A stretch of 64,000 nt of DNA, from assembly GCA_048213135.1 (NCBI GenBank), contig PS015489.1, positions 62,001 to 126,000 of the forward strand, in the 5' to 3' direction. Both the position numbers and the translations under genes were made by a program. Positions 40,082 to 52,487 of the stretch are shown here, piece after piece; within the stretch, counting starts at the first letter, position 1; each line of letters begins with the position of its first letter. The DNA comes from Reclinomonas americana ATCC 50394. Its lineage: Eukaryota. Below the pieces are notes generated by a model, which saw only the letters and a list, made by a program, of their open reading frames with translations, had not been told where the DNA came from and searched no databases.

Positions 40082-41980
40082 ATGGCGAGCTACTCCAACT
40101 GGACCTCGCTAGTCACCTCTCCGACCACGCCCACACACGACAGTGGCGCAGGAGATGACGACGAAGGCGACGGAGATGACGGCGGAGATGCGGCACTGTG
40201 GGATGACGACTACTATCGACGAAACAAGTCCTCCTCAGGCGGAGGCACCACCACCACCACCACCACCACCTCTGCCTCCTCTGCCTCATCATCGTCCTCT
40301 TCCACCAAGGACAAGAGCAAGAAGAGCAAGAAGAAGAGCAGCAGCAGCAGCAAGAAGAGCAAGAAGAAGAGCATTGATTATCATCATGCAGCAGTCGACG
40401 AGGACGAGGAGAACGATCGCATGTCGTCGCTGTTGGCGCAGACACCGCCGAATAGCGCAGTGTCGAGCTCGTTGGGATTGCTGTCGGCCTCCGCGCCCAC
40501 GTACTATCTGCGCCCGCAGTCGGCAGTGTCGCCACGGTCGCCCATGATGACATCGCCGCAGACTGCAATGGCGACGACTCCGGCGACTGCGGGAGGGCGA
40601 TCGCTGGGTGGTGCGTCGTCGGGCGCGATGGCGATCTCGCCGCGTGTCTCCAACGATGCCATGCTGATGATGATGGGCGGCGATGGCATGGGCATGGGCA
40701 TGGAGTCGTCGCCGTTGCCGAGTTCGAGTGTGGGCGCCAGTGCGACGCCGCGGTGGCGGTCGCGAGTGGAACGCACCGCAGTGGGAGTTGCGATGCGGGC
40801 GATACCTGTTTGTGGAAACGCGACGTGGCGCACTCACTGTCGTCGTGCTGCAGGTGCATTCGGTCAACATGGACGCAGTGGTGCCGGAGGCGCGGGAGGT
40901 GAGCCCGCACTGGACGATGCACCTCAACGCGCTCGATCGCCGCCGATCGGAGAAGGAGTTGGTGGATGCACTCGAGTCGCACGGGATCATTTGCTCTGTC
41001 AGTTCGTTTGTACAGACGGTGAGTTCACCGTGCGTTTGGTGGAAGAGCGTCGGTGAGGCTCATCGTCGTGTGTGCAGTCGACGGCACATCGCGCCACGCT
41101 GCTGTCGCGTTCGTTCAAGTTGTGGTGCCGGCGCGAGACATTGTGGCGGCTGGTGACCGACGCGCTGCAGGCCGACTCGCGGCCGCTGCGTGAGCGCTTC
41201 GATGGGCGAGAAGAGGACGGTGACGAGGAGCTCGCCTCGGTTCGCGACGGGGTGCCGCGGTCGCCGACGCGCGGCTCACGCACCTCCTCGTCCTCCTCCG
41301 CTGCGTTTGAGGACGACGACGATCTCACGCCACTGGCTGTCGGCTCGCCCAGCGGAGCGCGGGCGGGCAAGGTGTACCGGCCAGCCGTGCTGTGCTTTGA
41401 CCTGAACGAAACGCAGCTGTTCCACGAGAGCAGCTTTTGGATGATTGCGCAGGTGGGAGAATAGGACAGAGAGAGGGGAGAGGCGAAACACTTGCTCATG
41501 CTGTGTGTGTGCAGGAGGGGCAACTGTCGGTCAGTCGCGGACGCATCACGTCGCTGTTTACCACCTGTTGCGTTGGCACATTGGCGCCTGTGTTGCATTA
41601 TTCCCCCCACGCAGCGCTGACGCACTGGGCTTGCAGACGACTCGGAGGACGAGACGCGCAAGATGTTGGGAGCGCGACTGCAGAGACGCATCCGTGGACG
41701 CAAGTACGCCTGCTGGTCTCACCCATTCATCAATGTGTTGCTCTGCTGCATTCCCATGTGCTGCTTGCATCACGGTTGCGTCGTCTGCTCGATATGGCGC
41801 GCGCGTGGGAGTGTGCATTTCGTACTCACGCCACATCTCTACACGTGTGTGCGCGCAGAAAACACGGCCGAGAAACAGGCCGCCGGCAATCACGACCTGA
41901 CGCTGCTGTTCCCCGAGGCTCCGTTCCCGGGCGACGTGTCGTCGGAGAACCTCACTGGATGGTGTCCAGAGTTGCTTTAG
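40082..41980 (+). CDS. Hypothetical protein with low-complexity N-terminus, multi-exon
   Basis: Long ORF followed by GT-AG linked exons (VHSVNMDAVVPEAREVSPHWTMHLNALD, KVYRPAVLCFDLNETQLFHESSFWMIAQ, ...NLTGWCPELL*). Confidence 0.55.
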
Positions 41981-42145
41981 AGACGGGAGGGTAGAAAGAG
42001 GAGAGAGGGAAGCATAGAGTAATGGAAAATGGAATGGCAACTTGATTTTTTCTCACACACTTCCGTCCCAAAGTGGTTTCGTTTTTTTACCGAGATTGAT
42101 TATTCGACACATACATACACCACTCTATGCGCTTCACGAAAGAGA

Positions 42146-43950
42146 TTATCGGCTAAGATCGGCCAGTGTGCTCGATTCGGCGTGCTCGCGAGGAATGCGG
42201 CACAGCAGGGCGCCGAGGGCACTGATGTAGCCCTCGTGCGTCAGGAATCGCGCCTGTAAGGCACGAGATGGGTGAGTAACGACCGCAGTCTCCAAGAAGC
42301 AAGTTCTGCCTCACCTGCATCTGGCCCGACGACCAGTAGTTGAGAGCAAACGAGATTTTCGACTGCGTGATTGGGTGGTCGCGAATGTACGAGCCCGTAA
42401 AGTATACCCGCTGCAGATTGAAGCGCATGGCGTTGAGGTAGGCGATTTGTGCCGTGTTGTTGGCAAACATCAGCAGTAATGAGCGGATAATGTCGGACTT
42501 TCTGCACTCGACACACGGAGGAGTGAGTGACAAAACACTCATCCAGCCGTCCAGCAAAGCAAGCACAACGAACCTGAAGTTCTCGCGCACAGAATGACCA
42601 GGCTCGACCTTGGCCGCGATTACGCGACCGACACTGGACGCAATGGTGCTGCCGGGCAAGCCGATCTTGTCATAGTCACCACCGTAAATGTCTTCCACCT
42701 TCATGTCGACATTTTCGTTGTTGCCTGTGCACAGACACACCCGCAGCGTGAGCATCACCATAGGAAGATTGGCAAGTGCCGCAAGAGGTGCACAATAATG
42801 TACCTTCGTGCGCCAGCTCGAGCATCTCGTCAAAGTTGGAAATGTCGGTAATGAGTCGGCACAAGCCGAAAAATGTGCCTGTACACACTCTCCTGTCAGT
42901 CACCCGCACACACACCCCCGCCCATCGGCGCTCTCTGCACACGCACCTCCGCCTACGCTGGAACCCGACACACGTCTCGACTCGTCGTTGCCGTCCACCT
43001 TCAGAATACTGATGCCGGAGCCGACATTGACCACCAGGTACGGGAAGATGCCCTGCAGCCATCCATCCAAAAAAAAAGGTGAGAGGGCCGCAGCTGCTAA
43101 AAGGGAAAGGAAAGGGAAAAACCGTCGCACCGACTGATCCACCGGCAAGTAGTGCTTCTCCTTGGTGGCAGGGTCGACGTAGAACGACTCGTTGGGAGTG
43201 TTTTGCAACGCAAAATTCAGTCCGCGGACCAAACTCTCCATCTCGTCGACCTTTTGCACCGTCACCCCAAACCGCGACCGCAGCAGAGCCTCGTACTTGT
43301 GCGCACCGCCGCCGGTGACGCTCACCACCATCGGCAGCGGTGGGTGCTCGGAGATGAGGCCTTGCTCTGAGCGGGACGAAGGGTTGAGTAAAGGGGGTCA
43401 AACAAGAGAGAAGTGCACCCACTCACCGAGCAAGAACTGCAGCGCCTCCTCGACATTGGCGCTGGGGAAGCGATGAAAGTGGAACTTGCCACGCTTGCCA
43501 CGGACTGGCGACGACACCACCAGTGAGCAATGCGACACACAGAATCATCGCAGGCAGAGCACGCAACAGATGCGACGCAGGGCGCGATCCACGTTTGGCG
43601 GATGAAACGCGCCTTGCGGGAGCGACAGTGGAGACTCGCCATCTGCGCTGATCGAGTGGCGGCGATGCACACCGCTGCTGCCACTGCTGCTACTGCGCGA
43701 CACGGGATGAGCGCACAGAGAGAGCAAGCATGCAAAGATGCACAAAGTCTTACCTCGCGCCATCCTCATCTTCCTCCTCATCGCCACCATGCCCACTTGC
43801 TCCATTCGCTGCAGCACTGCTGCCACTGCCGGACCCCGATGCAGCGGGTACCTCATCGGAGTCAGGCAGCAACCAGGCGATCTTGATCAGTGAGCCTCCC
43901 ATGTCCATTGCCCAGCAGGGGTCACTGTGGAGAGAGGGAGTGAGAGAGAT

Positions 43951-43987
<37 letters not shown>

Positions 43988-44255
43988 GTGTGTGTGTGTG
44001 TGTGTGTGTCAACGCACAGTGGTGGTCGTGGGGACTTATCGGTGCTGCGTCGCTTGAGTGCCGGCTGCCAACAAATGCATCAGTCTCTCGCACAACAGAG
44101 AGAGTCGATCACACACTTCTCACACACAGACACACCTCATCTTCTGCGGGCACGGGCTCACTGGCCACCATGGCCTCATCGCCATCATCGTCGCAGTCGG
44201 CGGCGGCTGGTGTTGATGAAGAGGATGGTGTCGTTTCTTCTCTCGCTCGCTTCAT
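42146..44255 (-). CDS. PANK: Type II (eukaryotic/fumble) pantothenate kinase
   Basis: AMDMGGSLIK, VTGGGAHKY, DEMESLVRGLNF, FPYLVVNVGSGISILKV, GSSVGGGTFFGL, VDMKVEDIYGGDY, FLTHEGYISALGA. Confidence 0.95.
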
Positions 44256-44325
44256 TCTTTTTTTTTCTATCGGAGTTCACAACCAAGTCCTGTCTTTATG
44301 CCGGTCAGACAGCTTCGTTCTCCCG

Positions 44326-47300
44326 TCACCTCCGTTGTGGAGCCACATACGTGTGGAATCCGTATCCCTCGCCCGCATCCACGCCCTCCACTCGCACGCG
44401 ACACACTGGGCACTCGCCGCTCTTGCTCACCAGTCGCTCCGCGCACTCCCGACACAGAACCTGGTGCATGCACGGACGCAGTCGCGTCTCGCGTAGTCCG
44501 TCACACACCATGCACGCTCGCCGGCACGATAGCACCGTCAGGTCACTCAACTCGCTCGCCAGCTGTTGCGCCGTCGGACGACGTGCTGGTCGACCATCCA
44601 GGCATCTGCAGATTGGCCATGTATGACAGTCAGCGTGTCTCCTCGCAACACTCTCTGGGAAACACACAAGTACCTCAGTGCCAGTCGCACAATCCGCTCA
44701 CACACGGGAGCCGGCCACGGTCGACCGACACCGCTGTCCGCAAGCTCCACTGCGGCGTCGAGCAGTGCTTCGCCATTGACGCCATCAATGTCGTCCATCT
44801 CTTCCAGTGTCTCCACTCGTCGATGCACCTCCTCGATTGGAAGGCCGCTGAAGACTTGCAGCAGGACGAGACCGAGAGAGAACACATCCGAGCTCAGTCG
44901 CAGCTGGCCGTGCATGGCCTTGGGGTCGGCGTACTTTGGATCGCCAGCAAAGTGCACAGACAAGTGTGTCTGTGGCACGAGGGCGGGGAAGGATGAGGAA
45001 ATGGGAAGGGAGAGACAGTGCAGGAAAGTGTCACTCACCCCCTCGGTGCGAAACCAGTGCGCCACTCCCAGATCCGAGATGTATGCCATCCCGCTGTGGT
45101 TGAACAGAATGTTGGCTGGCTTCAGGTCGCGATGGATCACTGAGAGAGAGGAAAGCAAGTGAGTGGAAGAAAATGAACAGAGTGTTGAGGAGAGGAACGC
45201 GTACCATTCTGTGCATCCCAACAAGCACACAAAAAAGAACTTAAGTGAGTTAATAAAAAGAAATGTGAAGCAAACGCATACCACATCTCTCACATGTCTG
45301 CATCATCAGCAACTTAAGTCAGATAACATGGAGAACAAAACAAGAGACACCGAGGCACGTGACACGCAACTTGTGCAGCGAGGCAACAGCCTCGGCACAT
45401 CGCAGCATGCACGTCATTCGTGCCTCAATCGACATGGCCGGCAGTCCGCGCTCCGCCCACTGCAGCAGTCGGTGCTCCAAGTTGTGCTCACTGCGAACCA
45501 CGAGAAAGTGAGTGCAACATGGACAGATGCCCCCTCCAGGGAAAGACCACGAGGTGTCGTGGTGGTTTATCGATCTTGGCAGACGGAAAGGCAGGAAAGC
45601 TGCATCTAGAACTGACAAGCTGGCAGCCACACTTTCTCTCTCTCCCAGCCAGCCCTGCTCAACCCGCTTGCTCCACTATCGATGGTCGCACCATCCCGTA
45701 ATCGATGCCATCTCTGACTGCCTCTTTCCCTCACACTCACCTCATTGCCTCAAGCACCACACATCGCTTGCCGTCGTCCGACTCCGCAAACCCAATCAGC
45801 GGCACAACACCAGCCACACTCACCGCCTTGAGCTTCTCCAACTGAGATGCAAGCAAGGAAGGGAGTGAGTAAGAAAAACAAATTCTCTCCTTCTCGCATC
45901 CTTCCCCCCGTCCGCCACCCTCACCTCATTGGAGAACGACTCGATGCACCACGGCAGCGCGCTGTCAAACACCTTGATGGCCACACTCTGTCCGGCCCAT
46001 TCCCCACAAAACACCTTGCCCTGTCCGCCGTCGCCGCCCAGTCGCTCCGCAAAGTTGTTGCTCATCGACACCACTTGCTCCCACGAGAATGCCGTCAATG
46101 GTGCTGCATTCATCATCATCATCATCAAACAAAATCAGACCCCATCATCACACTTCCCCTTCCCCTCCTGCCTCTACCCCACGCACCTCGATGGGTGAGA
46201 TCACGCTGCACGGCGGCCAGATCTGCCTCGAGTCGCTGAGCTCGGTCATGTTCGCGCTGTCGCTGCTCGTCCACACGATCCAGTGCCTCCTGCAGCGCAG
46301 CTCGTGCGGCTTCTAATTGCTGGAGCGAGGCAGCGTGCTCAGCAATGGTTGCTTCCTGCTGTTGCACGCGAAATTCCCGCTCGCTTATCCTCGCTTGCTG
46401 CTCGTCCAGCTGTCGCCGCAATTCCTCCATCTGTTGTTGCGCCCGCACCACCGTCTCCTCCTTTTCACGCTTCGCCACCTCGATCTCCTGTCGCAGCTGA
46501 GCAGCGGCATGCTCGTAGTGCTGCACCTGAGCTTGCCACTCGCTTGTCCGCTGGCGTTGCTCCTCAAGCTCTTGCCGCACCGCATCGAGCTGGCGGAGAG
46601 CTTGTCCTTTCCCATCAGCCTGACCGATGGGGTCAGCCTGCTCGAGTGGGCTACGGGAGGAGGAGGAGGAGGAGGAGGAGGAAGAGACGGCGACGGGAGA
46701 AGGAGATGCTCCGGATACCTGCGGGGAAGCATGCCATATCAGCGATCGCGGCATACAAAGGAGAGGCCTGCGTGGTCAGCAACGGAACCGATGATCCAGT
46801 CGACGAATGAATGGCGTCGACAGGCACTGCGTTCACAAGCAAGTGAGTAAAAGGGGACGGTGAGTTGAACAGACACGACGCGTACTCACCCACAGAAGAG
46901 TCCTGCTTCCGCTTGGTCGCCTCTGTCTCCGTCTCCTCTCCTTTCCCGAGCGGTACTCCTTCCAAGCGCGTAGCATCCCCAAGAGCAGCGCGGATACCAG
47001 CCAGCAGCTTCTCATCATCTACCTTCTCGCCAAACTCAGGGCCGGACAGCCGGTCCCGCTTGCTCATGACTTCCTCCATCAGGTGTTCCGCTTCCTCCAA
47101 ATTCTCCACACCACCGAGTTTAGACATATAGGTTGCCTGGCTCCGAATACTTTTCACTGTGACCGGGGCGTCATCACCTTCATGCGCTCGTGCAAGAGGG
47201 AGAACTTCTCGACCAATCCGAACTGCCTCTTCGTAATTCTGGCAGTCCCCGTACGCGAGCGCAAGTTCACGCAAAGTGCTTATCATGACGGAGGTGTCAG

Positions 47301-48474
47301 GCGATGGCAATCGCTTCAGTCGCTCCAGTGTATCTCGAAGCAACGCAACGGCTTCTTGCGGTCGACCATACCTACGCATGACACCACCGAATTCCGCACA
47401 CACGACAAGTGTGTCCATGTCATCAGCGCCAGCCAACCGTCTCTGTCGCTCAAGCGCGTCCTCCATCAGAGCAACGGCCTCCGAACGATGCTCCTCGTCG
47501 TCGACGTCGAAGAGATAATTGATGCAGTTGATAACGCTTTGACCGAGGGCTTCATCGTCATCGCCATACAACATGCGATACCCTGCCACCACAGTGCGTC
47601 CCATCTCAGCTGCCGCCTTGCTGTCGCCACTGTTGTAGAGTGCTTCGGCAAGATGCTGCATCGTACCCAGCGTCTCCTTGCTGCCTTCAGGAAACACTTG
47701 TTGCTGAAGTCGCAGTGTGTCACGCAACAGTTCGACAGCCTCGCCATGCCGGTCAAGCTAGCATAGTACGTCACGTAGCTCCACAGTCACTTCAAGCGTG
47801 TATGAATCACCGATACCATGAACTTCGCGACTATTTTCGACAACGCGCTCGAGGAGAGTCACAGCCTCCGTCAAGTTCGCCGTACCGCCGACTCCCACGA
47901 GCGCCTGCGCAAGCAGAGACGAAGCCACATACCTGACTTCGTCCTCCACGTGCGAAGCAGAAGCACCCCGCAACAAGTCTCGAATGACGTCAACAGCCTC
48001 CTCGTACGATAGTGCGGCAATCAGAGCCTGAACGAGAGCCATCTGCACTGCCTGACGAGTCAGGTCGGTCTCTGCCAGTACGCGTTTGAGAGTCTCCAGT
48101 ATGGTACGCAGAATAACGAGGGCCTCGGGGACCACGACCCGATTCACATCAAGCAACCTCCCGCGCAGTGCGCTTGACGCGGTCGTCGTCACCCGGTGGT
48201 CATTACCGTACTCCCTACTGTATCGCGCCACCAACCTCCCAAGCTCCGGGATAGCGACTGCGGGGTCATCCAATTTCGACAAAGAGTAGATCTGCCCGAG
48301 AGCGACTTGAGCTGATATCTCGTTGTTGGCGGGGCCAAGAAGCTCGGTGAACTCGCGCATGCACTCGGCGAAGAGCGAAGCTGCCGCACGGTAGTCTTTG
48401 TCACTGTACGCCTTCTTCGCCACATTAAAACGCTCAGTTGCTGCCGCCATTCTCAGAAAGCGATCCAGGTCCAT
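44326..48474 (-). CDS. TPR (42-aa, kinesin-light-chain type) - coiled coil - IRAK/Pelle-like Ser/Thr kinase - RING protein, with an internal in-frame TAG at 47758-47760
   Basis: In-frame GT-AG splicing links the TPR exon, a linker, a coiled coil, FSWEQVVSMSNNFAERLGGDGGQGKVF, VAIK, HRDLKPANIL, DLG, SSDVFSLG, RRPT, and the C-terminal RING CMVC..LRPCMHQVLCRECA..CPVCR. Confidence 0.8.
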
Positions 48475-48883
48475 GTCGATGGGAGAGGGAGAGAGAGGGA
48501 GAGAGAGGGAGTGAGAGGGAGTGAGAGAGAGATTGCGTGTGTGCGAGTAGATCGTGGCTCTTTCTCCTCTTCCTTGTTGCGGTGGATGTGTGTGTAGGCG
48601 TGTATGGAGTGCGTGTGTTGCTCTCGCTGGTCTGCGCGCGCGTGTGTGTGTGTGTGTGTAATCTCCGGGACTCAGCAAGCTTGACTTCGACTTCAGCACA
48701 GGTGCATGCTTTGAAGTACGGCCTACAAGTCTCAGCTAGTCTTCAGTTGAAACAGCAGGGGGAAAGGGCGGTGCATTCTCCGTGACAATCAGCCGACGTT
48801 GCATGCAAGGAAGCACTCATCAAGCCATTTGGAGACCACCAGCAACTGGAGGCGCTTCACACTCTGCACTGAGTGCACCCCAT

Positions 48884-49913
48884 TTACGCGCTCGGCTCAG
48901 GATCCACGGTGACACGCCACACAAACTCGTCGTCGTCGTTGGTCACAGAGACCACTTCCTCGCTAGCGCTCCACTGGCTGTAGATCTTCGACGGTCCGTC
49001 AAAGTCGTGCTGATGCAGTACGTGCGCCAGCAAGGAGGCGATGCGGGTGCCACCGTCGGCGGAGGGCTCAATCTGGCACTTGAAGAGCGTGCGATCGTAA
49101 ATGTCGAGTGAGTTGGGCAGATCGACCAGCGGCAGGCGCAGGCGGCGTGCCATCTCCACCACTGGCGCGTATGTTCGCTCCATCAGCCCATGCAGCTTCT
49201 CCACGGCGCTGTGCCCACCGGGAATACGCTGCGTGACTGTGTGTCATCGTGACAACTCTTGCAAAGTGGAGCGCAAAGTGTTTCCTCACCTCCATCGCCT
49301 TGTAGACACCGTAGCCTCCACCCTCCACCTCCGTGTGATACGCCGGTCTGTATTGCATCATCAGCACGAGGCGTGGCGGCGCGTCGGGGTTGCTGGCGAG
49401 AATGCGCTCGACAATCGCCGGGTAGTTTTGCCAAAACTCGCCAATCCTCCTCTGCAGCTGGTGCATGGCACCGAGAATCTCACGGACATCGTTGCCGCCC
49501 ACGCTGAGCACCGCAGCCACTGCTGTCGCCTCCGACTCGGCACGCACGAGCTTCTCCAGGTGATCCAGCGGGCGGAACGACTCCTCCGGACCCGTCGGAA
49601 ACGCATCCACGCGGGTCGCCTTGCGCGCTGCGTAGGAGATTGCCGGGTACGCTCCGTGCAGCATGTGCGACGAGGTGAATCCATCCGCAGCGTAGTTCAC
49701 GACGCGGCAGTCGTCGGGCAACAGCGCGCCCAACTTGGCCGGCACACTCTCCTCAAAGCCGCGCACCCACACCACATTGTCGAGCGTGGAGTCGCCCAGG
49801 AGAACAACGCGACGGAACATGTTGTTGCTGTGGGGAGTGGCGAGTGCCAGTGAGACGAGTGCACAGCAAAAGGCGAGATGGAGGAGACACGCGTACGCGT
49901 CACGGCGTTGCAT
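48884..49913 (-). CDS. Secreted SGNH/GDSL hydrolase, 2 exons
   Basis: Signal-peptide-like N-terminus, VVLLGDSTLDN (block I), SVGGND (block III), C-terminal QIEPSADGG. Confidence 0.8.
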
Positions 49914-50346
49914 GATGCGGTGACACGTGTGCGTTTTTTTGCACAGGACACCAATGGAAACTTGCCTTGCTTTGCTGCTGGAGGTGGTGGTGGTGGTGAT
50001 GGTGGAAACGAGTTGTCGTGCGCACGTGTGAAAGACAAAAAAAGCAATCGGAAAAACCGGACTCTCACAGGCGCTCGACGTCGACAGCCGAGGAAGCTGT
50101 CACAGCACAGTGAGAAGACTCCTTAGTACACATACCACTTGATGCAGCATGAGAAGCGCGAGTTTCCATTGAACGTCGACGTCGATATTGTTCTTTCGAA
50201 TTCTCTCTTCCGGCTCCCTCTCTCTCTCCCGCTGTCTTCTTACTTGTACTGCAACACAACAGCACTCCACACATGCGTTACGCACCTCGCAACCTCCCCA
50301 CGCCCATTGCACAGGACACAGACAACTCCGTCTTTGATTTTGAAGC

Positions 50347-52439
50347 ATGTTGAGAGCGCGGTCATTGTTCAGACCGCTTTCCACTGCTTCTGCAGCAGTG
50401 TATCAGACACTGAACCCGGCAACAGGTCGCGTGGTGGCCTCGTTTGAGCTGGACTCGCGACAGTGTGTGAATGAGAAGGTGTGAGAGATTGGAGAAGAGA
50501 CAAGTCTGGCCTCCCTCATTCACACGTGCGCAGTTGCATGCACTGCATGATGCATACGGCAACTACCGCGCCTTGTCTCTGGCCCAACGAGGCTCGTTCT
50601 TGTCACATGTGGCATCGGTGTTGTTGCGTGTGCATTGCCTCTCTCTCTCTCTCTGTCTGTCGACTTCTCTCTCTCATGTGCTTGCCATCAGAGAGGAGCG
50701 CACCAAGCATCTGGCTGACCTGGCGACACTGGAGATGGGCAAGCCGCTGTGGCAGGCCGAGGCCGAGGTGAAGAAGTGTGTGGCCACTCTGCGGTGAGTC
50801 TCTTCTCCTCCTCCATCCTCCTTCTCCTCCTCCTCCTCCTTCTCAAGCCCGCGTGCTGCATCAGCTACTTTGCCGTCAATGGTGCAGAGATGTTGCAGTC
50901 GCGGCCACTCAGCTCCGATGCCTCGCAGGCGTATGTCGTGTACCAGGTGCACCGAGACAACGAGAGCGCCTGTTGCTTCATTGATTGCTGACACTCTGTG
51001 CTTGTGCAGCCGCTCGGTGTTCTCTTTGGCATCTTCCCGTGGAACTTTCCCTACTGGCAAGTGTTCCGCTTCGCCGCGCCTGCGCTGATGGCCGGCAATG
51101 TGTTTATCATGAAGGTCGGCGTGCATCGCGTCGAGTTGGAGCACACGCACGTCACGCTGCTGATCTCTTCTTCTCCGTGTGCCTCGTGCAGCATGCACCC
51201 AATGTGCCGCAGAGCGCCGTGGCGGCCGCCGATGTGTTCAACGATGCTGCGCGGCGGGCCGGTCTTCCGTGCAATGTGGTGTGCGCCAATGTCTTTGTCG
51301 ACAACGATGTGGCGGCCGACATTATTCGTGATCCGCTGGTGGCGGCCGTGTCGTTCACGGGAAGCACGCGTGGTGGGGCCGCTGTGGCCAGTGTCGCCGG
51401 TTCGGCCATCAAGAAGTCGGTGTTGGAGCTGGTTTGTTGAAGCAAATGCGGGAGGGTGCGAAAACAGCGGCTGATCCCTCCGATGCAGGGCGGCTCCGAT
51501 CCGTTTATCGTGCTGAAGGACGCCGACCTGGATCTGGCCGTCAGTCAAGCTGTACTCGCGCGCACCGACAACAAGTTGTGATCCTCTCTTTCTCTCTTTT
51601 GATCCCTCACTCGACTCACAAATGCGCCACTCCAGTGGACAACGATGCACGGCCGCCAAGCGCTTCTTCATCGAGGCCCCGGTGTACGAGGAGTTCCGCT
51701 CGCGAATGGTGGCCGCCATGTCGGATGTGGTGGTGGGCGATCCACGCAACCCCGACACCAAGCTGGGTCCGCTCGCCCGGCAAGATCTGCTGGAGCAACT
51801 CGAGCGGCAAGTGGACAGCAGCGTACAGCAGGTGCGTCGGCGTCAGTCGGGCATTGCCACTCTCTCGTTGGGGTCTCACTCGCCAATCGCCAGGGTGCCA
51901 AGGTCGAGATCGGCGGGCGACGCGTCGGCTCCGAGGGCTTCTACTACGCACCGACTGTGCTCTCCAACGTCACACCCGACATGGCTGTCTTCCAGGAGGA
52001 GACGTTCGGCCCGGCAGCACCGCTGATCAAGGTCGCCAACGTGGAGGAAGCGATTGAGTTGGCCAACAGGACCGAGTATGGGTTGGGTGGTGCGCATCGC
52101 TCCCTTGCGCGCATGTGTGCACACGTCTCCAGTGTCATCTCACCGCGTCACTCCTTGGCAGGTGCCGTGTTCACTCGCGACGTCGCCCTTGGCCAGCAGG
52201 TGGCTCATGCCCTCGAAGCCGGCATGGCCTTTGTGAATGGCGCCGTGAGTCCACCACTCTCCACTCCTGCTCTACTTCCACACGACGGTGGATTTTTCTC
52301 ACGTGTGATGTCCATGGCGCAGGTCAAGACCGAAGCCGGCATGCCGTGCGGTGGCATCAAGCGGAGTGGCTATGGCCGCGAATGCGGCTTTGCCTCGGTG
52401 CTCGAGTTCTCCAACGCCAAGACCGTGTGGATCAAGTGA
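50347..52439 (+). CDS. Aldehyde dehydrogenase, succinate-semialdehyde dehydrogenase GabD1/Sad-like, with probable mitochondrial presequence
   Basis: [17 protein letters not shown] presequence, [87 protein letters not shown]. Confidence 0.92.
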
Positions 52440-52487
52440 GAGAGTACACGTACGTGGCATGGGCTGATGATGATTATTAGTTTACGA

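Noticed and set aside
47758-47790. 12-nt or 33-nt GT..AG micro-intron removing the TAG
   Set aside because: Removal would break the 42-aa TPR period, and both lengths are shorter than other introns here. Not fully excluded without RNA data.
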